From sequence record PQ850628.1: a stretch of DNA of 64,000 nucleotides, one strand, 5' to 3'. Under the pieces are notes generated by a model. It saw only the letters and a list, made by a program, of their open reading frames with translations. It searched no databases and was not told the DNA's origin. This DNA comes from Escherichia phage StefiGeyer_Bas88. The translations under genes were made by a program, and so were the position numbers. Position 1 is the first letter of the stretch; each line of letters starts with the position of its first letter. Shown here piece after piece: positions 10,636 to 20,600 of the stretch.

Positions 10636-10649
10636 TTAGGAGATTAATT

Positions 10650-12281
10650 ATGCAACAAACATCTTACGCGTATCTTCGTAGTCAAGACCCGCGAAATCAG
10701 ATTTATGGTGATCGTCAGAGAGGGGTTACGGCCTCTCCTTACATGTCCAGACCTGCTGGTCCAGCAGCTGACTTATCTATGTATCAGCGTCCAGCTCTTC
10801 CTGCTGTCTTAGGAGCTACAGTTGAACAAGCACAGGCTGACCAAGAAGCTATGATGAATCCGGGATTCAAGCAACGTCTTTATGAACAGCAGGGTATTTC
10901 CACTCCTACTAGTTTGGCTGGTATTGATGCTGGCATTAATCCGGGTGATGAAGGCTCTATGATTCCTGCTGATGTAGCTCCTGCTTCTAGCCCTCTTCCG
11001 GTTACAGCTCCTGCTAAACCAATTGAAGAGTCAGATAAAGAGTTTGCCCCTGAACAAGTACAACAGGCACAAGGTGTCATGAATACTATCGCTTCTGGTG
11101 TTCCTCAGGGTGAAGGTATGAGCGGTGCTACTCGTGCTGCTGATCAGGAACGTGTGAATCAGGATATTCTTAAAGTTGCACAATCTAAGAACCCAGCAGA
11201 TGCGTGGAAGACTATGCAGAAACAGCCTTTCTATCAAAACTCTAGTTTCTATACAGGATTGATGGGTGTGGGTCTTTCTATTATGTCTGGTAAATCTCCG
11301 ATTGAGGCATTCCAGATTGGCTCTGGTATGGCATCTCAGGATGAAGCTAAACAACAATTAGAACTGAACCGTGATAACCTGATCGAACAAGGTTACTCTC
11401 AGGATTCTGTAGCTGCTGCTGTAGCTGCTGGTGATCCTTCTCTTCTGAAGATGCGTCAGATTAGTCCTCAAGAGAAGATGGCTCTAGCCGCTCAAGACGA
11501 AGCTCGTGCTAATCAAGAGTGGGACAGACGTCAACAGATTCAAGAGAATTCGATGCGGGAACGTGCTGCTGAAACTCGACGTGCTGCTGAACAACGTGCT
11601 GATGCTCAGTTTGAGAAACAGAAAGAGTTGATTGGTTATCGTGATCAAGTTAAGGCAGACCGTGCAGAACAAGCTGCTCAAAGTTTTAACTTTAACCCGA
11701 AAGAAGTTCGTCTTGCTCAGAACACTGCTGAAGGTACGGTTGCTAAACAGTGGGCAGAGAAGGCAGGACTGTTTAACCAGTCTCATAAAGACTTGGATTT
11801 GGCAGACAAAGCAGTTAAGGATGGTGATTATCAGACTGCTCGTTCTGCTTACATGCAGGCTATTATGAACTCCGCAAGAGCTGAGATTGGTGCTAACCGT
11901 TCTCTGCAAGCTGATGACTTATCACACTTCGCAGAAGACCCATCCATTCTTGTTAAGGTAGGTAACACTTGGTCTCTTAAAGCTGGTTATCGTCCATCTG
12001 ATGCTGCTCTGTCTTATGCTCGTAAACAAGCGACGGTCGGTGCTACTTCTGCTGAGAAAGGTGTTAAAGATTCTAAGAAAGCAACTATTGAAGCTTATGT
12101 TGGTTCTGGTATGGACAAGAAACGTGCAACTGCTCTTGTTAACCGAGCTATTCCTTCTGCTGGTTTCTATGACCCTCTCGGTGTATTCGAAGCAGAGTCT
12201 GAAGCAGCTGTTGGTGGTTCAGCAACCAATCCTAAACTTAACGGTGCTTTGTCTTCTAACACTGATTGGATGACTCAGTAA
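10650..12281 (+). CDS. internal virion protein
   Basis: 543 aa, Ala/Gln/Glu-rich, in the block between the virion transglycosylase and the giant virion protein. Confidence 0.35.
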   Translation: MQQTSYAYLRSQDPRNQIYGDRQRGVTASPYMSRPAGPAADLSMYQRPALPAVLGATVEQAQADQEAMMNPGFKQRLYEQQGISTPTSLAGIDAGINPGDEGSMIPADVAPASSPLPVTAPAKPIEESDKEFAPEQVQQAQGVMNTIASGVPQGEGMSGATRAADQERVNQDILKVAQSKNPADAWKTMQKQPFYQNSSFYTGLMGVGLSIMSGKSPIEAFQIGSGMASQDEAKQQLELNRDNLIEQGYSQDSVAAAVAAGDPSLLKMRQISPQEKMALAAQDEARANQEWDRRQQIQENSMRERAAETRRAAEQRADAQFEKQKELIGYRDQVKADRAEQAAQSFNFNPKEVRLAQNTAEGTVAKQWAEKAGLFNQSHKDLDLADKAVKDGDYQTARSAYMQAIMNSARAEIGANRSLQADDLSHFAEDPSILVKVGNTWSLKAGYRPSDAALSYARKQATVGATSAEKGVKDSKKATIEAYVGSGMDKKRATALVNRAIPSAGFYDPLGVFEAESEAAVGGSATNPKLNGALSSNTDWMTQ

Positions 12282-12300
12282 GACCTAAGTCCTATCTCTT

Positions 12301-12312
12301 ATAATGTATATA
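12301..12312 (+). promoter_or_regulatory. phage-specific promoter-like motif TAATGTATATA
   Basis: Motif about 35 nt upstream of the 12347 ATG; same motif recurs in gene-matching orientation at 21691, 21762, 27855 and 32887. Confidence 0.3.
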
Positions 12313-12346
12313 GGAGGTAGGACATTTTTATTTATAAGGAGAAATT

Positions 12347-15300
12347 ATGGCTAACTTAAAACCGTGGGAAGAAGCTTCTAAAAGCCCTGCGTATTTGAAT
12401 GCCTCCCCTGAGCAACAGTCTCAGATGCGAGAACAGTATAAAGCAGCGGGTGGAACGATTCCTGAGGCTGCTCCAGCTCCTAAACAAGAAGAGCAACCGG
12501 GGTTGGTTGGTGATTTTGCCCAAGGTGTGTCCAACGCTATTCAATCAGGTGGTGCAAACATTGCAGCTAGTGCTGCTAGAGGTATTGGTGGATTAGTTGA
12601 GATTGGAGAAAATCTAGCTGGTACACAGACAAGTTACGGTAAGCGTATTCAAGACAACTCTAAAAACTTACTAGAAGAACGTCTCTCTCAAATCGAAGAT
12701 GGTGTAGGTAAATCTGTAGGTCAGTATGCTGGCGTTGCCGCTGATATTGGTCTTACGGTTGCTAACCCAGCTGTAGCTGCTGCTGTTATTGCAGCTCGTG
12801 AAACAGGTAGAGCTTATGCAGACCAAACTCCAGAAGAGGGTGAAGAGAAGTCTGTTCTTGATGCTGGTTTAGTTGGTGGTGCTAACTTTGCAGCTCAGAA
12901 GATTCTTCCGGGGATGACAGGCACTGCTTCTACTACTCTAGGTCGTGTTGGTCAGAGTGTAGCATCTAACGCAGTGGCTGGTGCTAAAGGTGGTGCTCTT
13001 GTAGGTGCTGCTGAAGCACAGAACAAATATGGTGATGACACTACTCTTGCTAATATTATTGAAGGTGCTGTAGAAGAAGGTGCGATGGGTGCTGCTTACG
13101 GTGGGGCTATTGGTGGGGTTCATGGATTGATAAGTCGTCCTAGTCCTCAAGTCTTTGACCGTACTCCAGAACACGTTAAGACTGACATTGCCGCTGAAGA
13201 TGAAGCTATTCGCTCAGCTAAAAATGCAGACGAACTAAGAGAGGCTTACTCTAAAGCTGATAATGCTAACACAGCTTCTGCTCTTAATCTCCTCGATGAG
13301 AACGGTTTCCGTGTTACTGATGCTGTGGCTATGGACTCTCCTGCTGCTCAGCGTATCCTTAATACTGATCAAAGTCGTGCTGAGAAGGCTGCTACTATTC
13401 TGGAAGATCGTTCTAATGTTCCTGGTTTAAATCCTCTTGCTGCTCCTAATAAGAAGCAAGGTAAAGCTAACGCAGACAACGAACATAACCAGAAACAAGC
13501 TGTGGCAATGAAAGATGCAATGGCTGATTATACAAAAGACAACACTAAATCTTTGTCTGATGTTCTGGATAATCTTGATCGTGAATTAACAGCTGCTCGT
13601 GCCAGTGGTGATTTTACTGGTAGTGCTATGGACATTAAGAATCGTACCCAAGCAGATCGTGATTTTATTGATGCTTATAAGACTTTCTATAACGAAGCTA
13701 ATCGATTCAAAGCTCGTGATGGTGAAGACTTTAATAACTTCATAGAGAAAGCTACAGAGCTTCAGAAACTAGCTGATAATGTATCCCCAGAAATGAAAAC
13801 TGCTATTGGTGGTTTGAAGAAACTTAAAGGAATGCCTGAAGGTTTCAACCCAATCCAAGATGCTTTCACTCTGAATAACACAGCTAAGTTGATGAGTAAT
13901 CAAGACCGTGGTTGGACTTCTCTGACTGCTGATGGTTTTAAAGAAGCTGCTCCTCCAGTTCTGATTAAGAATCCTCTTGGTGCTGCTAAGCATGTTCTTA
14001 ACCGTTTCCGTTCTGACCGTGCTCGCTCTCAACGTGAAAGCCAGCAGGCTGCTAACAGTGAAGCTATTCGTTCTCTTGCTCGTAGTGATATGGAAGTAAC
14101 TCGTGCTCGTGCTCAGGCTGATGAAGCCCGTGCTGCGATGGAGAAAGAACCTGAAGTTGATGACATTAAATTTAAGACTCAAAATGACATGGAAATCGAA
14201 CCGGTTCGGGAGCCTTCTGCTACTACTGTGACGGAAGAAATTTCCTCTCCAGAAACCTCTCCTTTAACTGCTCGTGATTTGGTCGCACAGAGACGTGCTT
14301 TGAAGGAAGCTGAAGCTAGACGTCAAGAAGCCGAAGCTAACAAGGTTCAGGAAGAACCAACTCCAGAGCCAGTTCCACAAGAACCAGTTACTACCGCAAG
14401 GGATTTAGTTGCCCAGCGTCGTGCTGTTGCAGAAGCTCGTAAACGTCAAGAAGCAGAAGAGGCTAGCAAGGCTGCTGAGAGCGTTCCTGAGGAGCCTATC
14501 GTTCAAGCCGAGCCATTACCTACCCGTGCTCCTAAAGCTCCTGAGGTTGAGCCTGAGCCTGTTAAACCAGCTACTGGAATAGAGCGTCTGGCTGCTATGT
14601 CAAGTGCTGCCCGTCAAGCTACTAAAGATCGTGCAGATCGCTTTGCTCGTTCTCTGTATACGGCAGGTGCTAAGGCTAAAGCCACAGCTGAGAACTTCCT
14701 TTCTTATAAAGGTGACCCGAAAGAGTTGATGCGTCGTATCCGTCAGGAAGACCAAGCCAACAATGCTGAACGTCATGCTGAGATGGCTCGTAATCAACTT
14801 GCTTCTCAACAGGGTATTGCTGCTGCTAAGTCACAACGTGTTCGTTCTTCGTTTGCTGATTGGGTTAAGGAACGTGGTCTACCTTCTGATATTGCTACCA
14901 AGGCATTACGTGCTGAGGAGAAAGGTATTGGTGGGAACGTGACTAGTCTAGACTCACTGAAGCGTAGGTCTGAACGTCTGTATCAGAAACAACGTGATGA
15001 TGAATTTAATAGGATGTATGAAGAAGCTCTTGCAGAGAATAAGAAGCTTGATAAAGCTGATGCTCCTAAGCTGGTTGACCAGAAGAAAGAGTTACACAGC
15101 GAAATCAATTTACTTCTTGATGCAGAGCCATTACGTCCAGCTCAAAAAGATGCTATGCGTAAGTTGATGGAAGACTTTGTAGATGGGAAGTTTAAAGCTT
15201 CAGAGAAGGCTGGAAGGGAAGATGCTTTGGAAGTGGGACAGATGAAGGATATATGGGATGGCTTCATTAACACATATAACCGTGAAGTTAACATGTTCAA

Positions 15301-16765
15301 CAAAGCTAATAAGAACTCTCAGTACGAAGCAGCAGCTAAACATTTGCAAGCACGTCAAGAACGTCTTGAGACGCTCCGTAACAGGGCTAAAGCTCGTAGT
15401 GATGCCAAGGCAGCAATAGAGACAGAAAGACAGTCTCTCGAGGCTATAGCGGCTCAGAAATCGGAGATGGAGAACCTGTTGAAAGATTTACCAGAGTCGG
15501 TACGTGAGTCTCAGGAAGGTCGTACACTGAAACAGTTAGCAGCTCACCACGATAAGAACTCTCCTGTACCACCGGAGCGTTTCCGTAGTATTATCGAACG
15601 TATCCACAACGCAGAAAGTGATTACATTGACCGTAAGCGTCGTCTCACTGAAGCGGAAGAAGATGCTCGAGAAGCTAAGTGGAATAAGATGTACGAACAG
15701 GCGGAAGAGATGAACCGTAAATACGACATTGATTCCCGTGTACAACGTGACAAGAAGCTCAAAGAAGCTCAGGAAGCAGAGAACGATCGCATGGCAATAC
15801 AACGCCAACGTGATGACATTCATAAGCGCCTGATGCGTTCTATGGAGGATAAAGGGATTCCTAAAGAAGATGCAGAAGTCTTTGCAGGTTCTTATATGGA
15901 TAACCGTTACTCTCTTCTGGAGAAACCTATGACTCCTACTGAGCACCAGAATGCTCGTTCTCGTATTGAATCTGATATTTCAAAGTTTGCTAAGGATTTT
16001 GAGAAGATGACACCTATCGAGAAAGATATTGCTAAGGCAACTGGTGACATGGATGGTAAGGTAGAGGTGGATGCAGATACTTCGAAAGCTATCGAAGATG
16101 CGAAGAAGGTAGATTCTGAGTTGAAGAAACTTCAGGATGAAGAGTTGGAAATGGAGAAAGTTCGTTCGGCATTGCCAGAAGATGAAAGATCTCAAGCCTC
16201 CTCTGATATACTGGAAAGCATTAAGAAGCAGGAAGATGACTTTGCTAACAAAGCAGAGAAAGCTTTTATCGAAGGGAAAGACTTGCAGGAGCTGGCTAGT
16301 GTAGCAGAGGTTCTAGATAGAGTTCATGGTGCTGACAAGGCTGGTAACAATCGTCGCTTTGTACGTGCATTACAAACTGCTGCGGAGAACAAGAAACAAT
16401 ATGGAGATAATCCAGTGGCTTGGTTTAGTGCTGATGATTACTCTGCTATTGCGAAACTTGGTGCTGCTTCAGCGGGTGGTAACAAATCTAGAGCACTGGA
16501 GAAAATCTTTGGTTCTACTGCTGAACAAGCTAAAGGGAAACTTTTAGGGCGGGATGATGTAGCGAAGATTAGACGTGTGATTGAAGAGAATCCTGATGTT
16601 AAGATTCCTTCTTACAAGACAACTACTCGACAAGAGTATTTACAGTTCTTGGAGAAGTATAATGACGAGGGAGAATTGAAAGTCAAACGTGGTTCTCTGT
16701 CTGACAAGTTGGAGAGGAGTAAGCGTCAAGCTAAACTCCGTGTTAGAGTTCGAGCTAAGGAGTAA
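12347..16765 (+). CDS. giant internal virion/ejection protein with charged coiled-coil core
   Basis: 1472 aa; long E/K/R/A-rich helical region; internal protein repeat TARDLVAQRRA(L/V)..EA..RQEAE; Pro/Glu linker. Confidence 0.45.
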   Translation: MANLKPWEEASKSPAYLNASPEQQSQMREQYKAAGGTIPEAAPAPKQEEQPGLVGDFAQGVSNAIQSGGANIAASAARGIGGLVEIGENLAGTQTSYGKRIQDNSKNLLEERLSQIEDGVGKSVGQYAGVAADIGLTVANPAVAAAVIAARETGRAYADQTPEEGEEKSVLDAGLVGGANFAAQKILPGMTGTASTTLGRVGQSVASNAVAGAKGGALVGAAEAQNKYGDDTTLANIIEGAVEEGAMGAAYGGAIGGVHGLISRPSPQVFDRTPEHVKTDIAAEDEAIRSAKNADELREAYSKADNANTASALNLLDENGFRVTDAVAMDSPAAQRILNTDQSRAEKAATILEDRSNVPGLNPLAAPNKKQGKANADNEHNQKQAVAMKDAMADYTKDNTKSLSDVLDNLDRELTAARASGDFTGSAMDIKNRTQADRDFIDAYKTFYNEANRFKARDGEDFNNFIEKATELQKLADNVSPEMKTAIGGLKKLKGMPEGFNPIQDAFTLNNTAKLMSNQDRGWTSLTADGFKEAAPPVLIKNPLGAAKHVLNRFRSDRARSQRESQQAANSEAIRSLARSDMEVTRARAQADEARAAMEKEPEVDDIKFKTQNDMEIEPVREPSATTVTEEISSPETSPLTARDLVAQRRALKEAEARRQEAEANKVQEEPTPEPVPQEPVTTARDLVAQRRAVAEARKRQEAEEASKAAESVPEEPIVQAEPLPTRAPKAPEVEPEPVKPATGIERLAAMSSAARQATKDRADRFARSLYTAGAKAKATAENFLSYKGDPKELMRRIRQEDQANNAERHAEMARNQLASQQGIAAAKSQRVRSSFADWVKERGLPSDIATKALRAEEKGIGGNVTSLDSLKRRSERLYQKQRDDEFNRMYEEALAENKKLDKADAPKLVDQKKELHSEINLLLDAEPLRPAQKDAMRKLMEDFVDGKFKASEKAGREDALEVGQMKDIWDGFINTYNREVNMFNKANKNSQYEAAAKHLQARQERLETLRNRAKARSDAKAAIETERQSLEAIAAQKSEMENLLKDLPESVRESQEGRTLKQLAAHHDKNSPVPPERFRSIIERIHNAESDYIDRKRRLTEAEEDAREAKWNKMYEQAEEMNRKYDIDSRVQRDKKLKEAQEAENDRMAIQRQRDDIHKRLMRSMEDKGIPKEDAEVFAGSYMDNRYSLLEKPMTPTEHQNARSRIESDISKFAKDFEKMTPIEKDIAKATGDMDGKVEVDADTSKAIEDAKKVDSELKKLQDEELEMEKVRSALPEDERSQASSDILESIKKQEDDFANKAEKAFIEGKDLQELASVAEVLDRVHGADKAGNNRRFVRALQTAAENKKQYGDNPVAWFSADDYSAIAKLGAASAGGNKSRALEKIFGSTAEQAKGKLLGRDDVAKIRRVIEENPDVKIPSYKTTTRQEYLQFLEKYNDEGELKVKRGSLSDKLERSKRQAKLRVRVRAKE

Positions 16766-16772
16766 ACGAGAA

Positions 16773-16811
16773 AAGCCCCCAACCTGAAAAGGAAGGGGGC
16801 TTCTTTATTTC
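16773..16811 (+). terminator. rho-independent terminator ending the + strand late block
   Basis: AGCCCCC...GGGGGCT hairpin followed by TCTTTATTTCT. Confidence 0.5.
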
Positions 16812-16903
16812 TAGCTGCACTTAAAGGTAGCAAATCACCTAAATTTTAAATATTAGAATCCATCGAACTCATCATACATCCCAGTTTTCTTCTTCGAAAT
16901 CAA

Positions 16904-17170
16904 TCATAAGATCTCCCAATCATCTGCAAATAAATCACCTTGAGATGGAACCCATCCGGGCTGTATAATACCTTGAGCATTCTTTAAAACTAAATGAGGG
17001 GCAATATAGAACTGACCTATAATATCAGCTTTTTCATAAAGAGAACCCGGTAGAGCTTCTTCTACTTCATACCCACCTGCTTTAAAGACAAACTGGTTTG
17101 CACCGTTCCATCCAGAGCGGGTGATCTTTTTCCCTTCTTTTACTTTAATAAGCGCTGAACTAAAATCCAT
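16904..17170 (-). CDS. DUF2829/Tad2-like small protein (candidate anti-Thoeris signal sponge)
   Basis: 88 aa; MDFSSALIKVKEGKKITRSGWNG at the N-terminus and PGWVPSQGDLFADDWEIL at the C-terminus resemble the DUF2829 family signature as I recall it; AGGAGA RBS. Confidence 0.45.
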   Translation of the reverse strand: MDFSSALIKVKEGKKITRSGWNGANQFVFKAGGYEVEEALPGSLYEKADIIGQFYIAPHLVLKNAQGIIQPGWVPSQGDLFADDWEIL

Positions 17171-17178
17171 TTGTTCTC

Positions 17179-17481
17179 CTAGATTAAATCATAATACTTA
17201 ATAATATCGGAGAGCTTAAACTCTCGAATGTCATTCTTGTCGTTGTCCCAAGCGGTCATTATCCAACAAGGTTTGCCCCCATTATGATAACGGGAAGAAG
17301 CAACTGAGGTTCGTATAGGAATAACGGAGCGGTCTGCAACTTCGCCTCTCCAATTACGATAGCTAAAGCGAAGAGTTTGTGTCGTAGATACTTGATCATT
17401 TGTATTTTCCTTGTTCATAGATTCAAAGACTTCCTTCTCTTCAGGAGTCTCTAGATTTTTTAAATTCGCGTCTTGCATCAT
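17179..17481 (-). CDS. hypothetical protein (start uncertain)
   Basis: ORF overlaps the HNH gene 3' end; internal ATG starts likely; no motif recognised. Confidence 0.3.
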   Translation of the reverse strand: MMQDANLKNLETPEEKEVFESMNKENTNDQVSTTQTLRFSYRNWRGEVADRSVIPIRTSVASSRYHNGGKPCWIMTAWDNDKNDIREFKLSDIIKYYDLI

Positions 17482-17845
17482 TCTCTTCCTTAGTTTTAAT
17501 CTTATGGCAAGGTTCTTTACACAAGACTTGAAAGCCATCTACCTCAACCAAAGCTCTCTCAATGATTTCATCCCAAGATGCTTCATGGTCCACTGGAACA
17601 ATAGGATTAATGTGGTCAACAGCTACTTCCTTAAGAGGAGAGTCATTACCACACATGGCACACTTGTAGTGCATTGCCAGCTTGCCAGTCTTAGGGTTGA
17701 TCTTACGTTCTGTCTGAGCTTCTTTGAGAGCATCAAACATAGGCTTCCACTTTCTAGTCAGAGAACGAATCCCTGACTTGATGAAGGAATTGTAACGTGC
17801 TTCAGTCCACTGGTTTGAACATCTTGTTTTCTCAGCCTTCGCCAT
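17441..17845 (-). CDS. HNH endonuclease
   Basis: MHYKCAMCGNDSPLKEVAVDHINPIVP...QVLCKEPCHKIK: Cys pair, DH, N and CxxCH of the HNH motif; ATG at 17845. Confidence 0.65.
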   Translation of the reverse strand: MAKAEKTRCSNQWTEARYNSFIKSGIRSLTRKWKPMFDALKEAQTERKINPKTGKLAMHYKCAMCGNDSPLKEVAVDHINPIVPVDHEASWDEIIERALVEVDGFQVLCKEPCHKIKTKEENDARREFKKSRDS

Positions 17846-18023
17846 AACCAACATCCATCTCAGCGTCTTCCCAAATACGTTTGTTAATACGATGTGATTC
17901 TTTTTCAGCACGAGGGATACGTCCAGTACGACGATCAAATGCTTGATGTTTAATCTTCTGGTCTTTGCGAGACTCACGATTAGAGGAATTTTCATCATAC
18001 GAACGATAGTCAAATTTACCCAT
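17832..18023 (-). CDS. small highly charged protein
   Basis: RBS AAGGAT before ATG at 18023; 63 aa rich in R/K/E/D. Confidence 0.3.
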   Translation of the reverse strand: MGKFDYRSYDENSSNRESRKDQKIKHQAFDRRTGRIPRAEKESHRINKRIWEDAEMDVGYGEG

Positions 18024-18036
18024 TATAATATCCTTA

Positions 18037-18855
18037 TTACCAAGTTTTATCTAACCATGACCATTCAAAGAGGTCACCTTCAGCTTGTCCGACGAAGAGC
18101 AATCGAGCATTTTCTAACATCTTAGCTTCTGCTTCTTCCTCGAACCTCTTATAGTATTCCATTCGTATAATATGATAAAGAGTCCACTTATCGAATACCT
18201 TCTCAATAAGTTTGATAGCAGCTTTGCTACCAATACCCTTACGACGCATAACTAAGTTACCGCCCCACATCATTTCAACTTTCTCACCACATCCGGGGAT
18301 GTTGTCTGTACTGTCCCCAATCAACATCTGATAGAAGAAGTTCTGCCATGCTACTTCCTCTGGTACATAATGAGGGGGTACTTCTTTCTGTCGTTCACCA
18401 CAAGCCCAGCGATAATGCCATCCGGGAGTGATTAACAAATCCTTATCACGAGTACAGATGATTGTGTTCTTTTCTATACGCTGTCGTTCAGCGAGTGCAT
18501 CATCTGCTTCTCTGCCAAACACTTCAACATACTGGTAATGTTCTTTGATATAATCACTAACGTTCTGCCAGTGATGTGGCCTTTCTCCCGGAGGTCGGTT
18601 AGCTTTATAACCTTGCTGCTTGGCAACATCGAAGCGGAAGTTTCCACCTTCGCTGAAATAAAAGATTGTTCTTTCACAACCAGCTCTTGAGATGATTACA
18701 TCAATCTTATGTTGGAGACGTTCAATCAAGAATCCATAATCAACTGGAACACGACCTGTGTCTAGGAAAGGATGCTCTTGTGTAAGAGCACCAACCTCAT
18801 ACCGTAGAACATCTGCATCCACAATTGCTACTTCAGGATAGATTACATCAGACAT
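18037..18855 (-). CDS. 5'-3' exonuclease / flap endonuclease (T7 gp6 / T5 D15-like)
   Basis: IVDADVLRY N-terminal motif and LIGDSTDNIPGCGEK...GIGSKAAIKLI helix-hairpin-helix typical of FEN/RNase H-like exonucleases. Confidence 0.7.
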   Translation of the reverse strand: MSDVIYPEVAIVDADVLRYEVGALTQEHPFLDTGRVPVDYGFLIERLQHKIDVIISRAGCERTIFYFSEGGNFRFDVAKQQGYKANRPPGERPHHWQNVSDYIKEHYQYVEVFGREADDALAERQRIEKNTIICTRDKDLLITPGWHYRWACGERQKEVPPHYVPEEVAWQNFFYQMLIGDSTDNIPGCGEKVEMMWGGNLVMRRKGIGSKAAIKLIEKVFDKWTLYHIIRMEYYKRFEEEAEAKMLENARLLFVGQAEGDLFEWSWLDKTW

Positions 18856-19444
18856 AGAGACCTCTCCGTGTCCCTTCAATAATCCACTCCAAATCCTCCA
18901 CTGCCTCTTCTACAGAACGGTCATTAAAGAGGAGGTAGGTTGGTAGGTTTGTTCCTTCAATATAAGAACGGGAGTCCCCTTCAAAGGAGCATCCATCTCG
19001 GAGAATCTGAACTACTCGAACATGGAAACGTTTTTCCAGTTCTTCAACTTCTGCTTTAAACCCACCATCAGAGAATACAATAACATCATTCTGTGTTGGG
19101 ATGCGTTGTTGAATACTGCTAACAGCAAGTTTACCCATGCAGGTATCACCAAACATTGGTTTCAGGTAGTTCTCACTAGTCGCAATCATTAAATCTCGAA
19201 CTGTCTTACCGCCCCATTCAGGACGGCTATATTCTTTCCACTCACGGTCGTTGTATAGCTCCATGAACTCATAAAGAGGAAGTCCTAATGCAGCAGCAGC
19301 CACTCGATACATAGGCTCCTTAAAAGCCTTTACATGCGGTCTAAACTCAGTGTTACCGACGGTCTTCTCTAACCAAGCATTAGCGATTGTATCTTTACCA
19401 CAACCCGGTGGTCCATTCAGAATTACTACTAATGGTTTACTCAT
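18848..19444 (-). CDS. deoxynucleoside monophosphate kinase (T4 gp1-like)
   Basis: P-loop NGPPGCGKDT, the GKDT variant typical of phage dNMP kinases; start overlaps the sigma-factor stop (TAATG). Confidence 0.55.
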   Translation of the reverse strand: MSKPLVVILNGPPGCGKDTIANAWLEKTVGNTEFRPHVKAFKEPMYRVAAAALGLPLYEFMELYNDREWKEYSRPEWGGKTVRDLMIATSENYLKPMFGDTCMGKLAVSSIQQRIPTQNDVIVFSDGGFKAEVEELEKRFHVRVVQILRDGCSFEGDSRSYIEGTNLPTYLLFNDRSVEEAVEDLEWIIEGTRRGLYV

Positions 19445-20094
19445 TATTGAATCATCCCTTGAAGATCTTCTTTATCAAAGTGCTTCTCTACTACAGCTTC
19501 ATACAGATCACGATTCTCTGCATATCGGCGATAGAAGGTTCCGTGTGAAATTCCTAACTGCTGCTGAATATGATCATGAGGTATTCCAAGGAAGAGCATA
19601 GAGAACATGCTTGCCATTTTCTTGGTATCCATAATATCACTTAAGTCTTGGAAGAAGAAAAAGATTCTAGATTCCAAGAATGGGTCTCCAGTAGAGTCAT
19701 GCTTATCCATCGCAATCTCTAAAGGACTTTCCCATGAGTTCATCTCAGGGGGTCTAAACATATCAGCCTCTGGAATAGAGTAGATACGTCGGTCTCCAAC
19801 TGTCTGACGGTTAGAACGAATTGACCAGATGATATTCTTAACACGATAAGTCATGTGTTCAATATCTTTTTCATCAGTGAGCAGAAGTTCTTCTTGCTTT
19901 GCAAACACAAAACGCCAAGCGTTCAGTAACACTTCCTGAGCAACATCCTCTGCTTCGTGATAATCTTTAATGTCATACATAAAATAGCGATGCACAACTT
20001 TCCAATTCTCTCGATAGAATTCATCGAAGGTTGGATAATATTTAATAGGAATGCCATGAATACGATAGCGTGTGGGTGTTGTCTTCTTCTTCAT
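19444..20094 (-). CDS. phage-encoded sigma factor (sigma70-family, ECF-like size)
   Basis: [14 protein letters not shown] resembles sigma region 2.2; C-terminal [20 protein letters not shown] resembles region 4.2 helix-turn-helix. Confidence 0.5.
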   Translation of the reverse strand: MKKKTTPTRYRIHGIPIKYYPTFDEFYRENWKVVHRYFMYDIKDYHEAEDVAQEVLLNAWRFVFAKQEELLLTDEKDIEHMTYRVKNIIWSIRSNRQTVGDRRIYSIPEADMFRPPEMNSWESPLEIAMDKHDSTGDPFLESRIFFFFQDLSDIMDTKKMASMFSMLFLGIPHDHIQQQLGISHGTFYRRYAENRDLYEAVVEKHFDKEDLQGMIQ

Positions 20095-20118
20095 AAGTCG
20101 TCCTTAACTTACTTTATA

Positions 20119-20343
20119 TTAAACTACACAGAACAAATACATTGCTGTGTCAGGACAAGGGATGGCTGTCTGAATACCACTTACCTTAATCCACATATCT
20201 TCTTCAGGGTCGTAATAGGCCCAATAGGATTGATCTCCATCTACAAAGAATTTAAAAGTTCGTCCCCAAACCTGATTATTATATTCCCATACTGCATGAA
20301 GTTGAGTAACACCTTCTGGTATTGTAAGTTCCGCTCTGATCAT
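20119..20343 (-). CDS. hypothetical protein
   Basis: 74-aa ORF with ATGA overlap to the o-spanin stop. Confidence 0.3.
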   Translation of the reverse strand: MIRAELTIPEGVTQLHAVWEYNNQVWGRTFKFFVDGDQSYWAYYDPEEDMWIKVSGIQTAIPCPDTAMYLFCVV

Positions 20344-20600
20344 TGTATTCCTCTCTCCTTGAGAGCTTTCAGTAAACCATTATGGTTAGCAGCACAGGTT
20401 GTGTAGTTGTCCTGATACCACTCTAATGTTGTTGCAAATGCCACTCCCTGTGCACTCTGAAGCAAAGGGAGATCAACATCACACTCAGCTTTTAGGTTTG
20501 TTGGTAAGGGTATTAGCTGCCTGCTGTTGTCGCTCATTGAACAAGCTGACATACTCATCGCTAGCGCACACATTGTAAAAAACTGGCTTAGTCTTCTCAT
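20340..20600 (-). CDS. rz1: o-spanin (Rz1-like outer-membrane lipoprotein), overlapped architecture
   Basis: Signal peptide ending in a lipobox-like MSAC; Pro-rich mature part (LIPLPTNL...DLPLL); starts inside the i-spanin gene in another frame and extends past it. Confidence 0.5.
   Translation of the reverse strand: MRRLSQFFTMCALAMSMSACSMSDNSRQLIPLPTNLKAECDVDLPLLQSAQGVAFATTLEWYQDNYTTCAANHNGLLKALKERGIQ

Noticed and set aside
17411-17776. + strand ORF opposite the HNH endonuclease gene
   Set aside because: Antisense to a motif-supported gene; no RBS.
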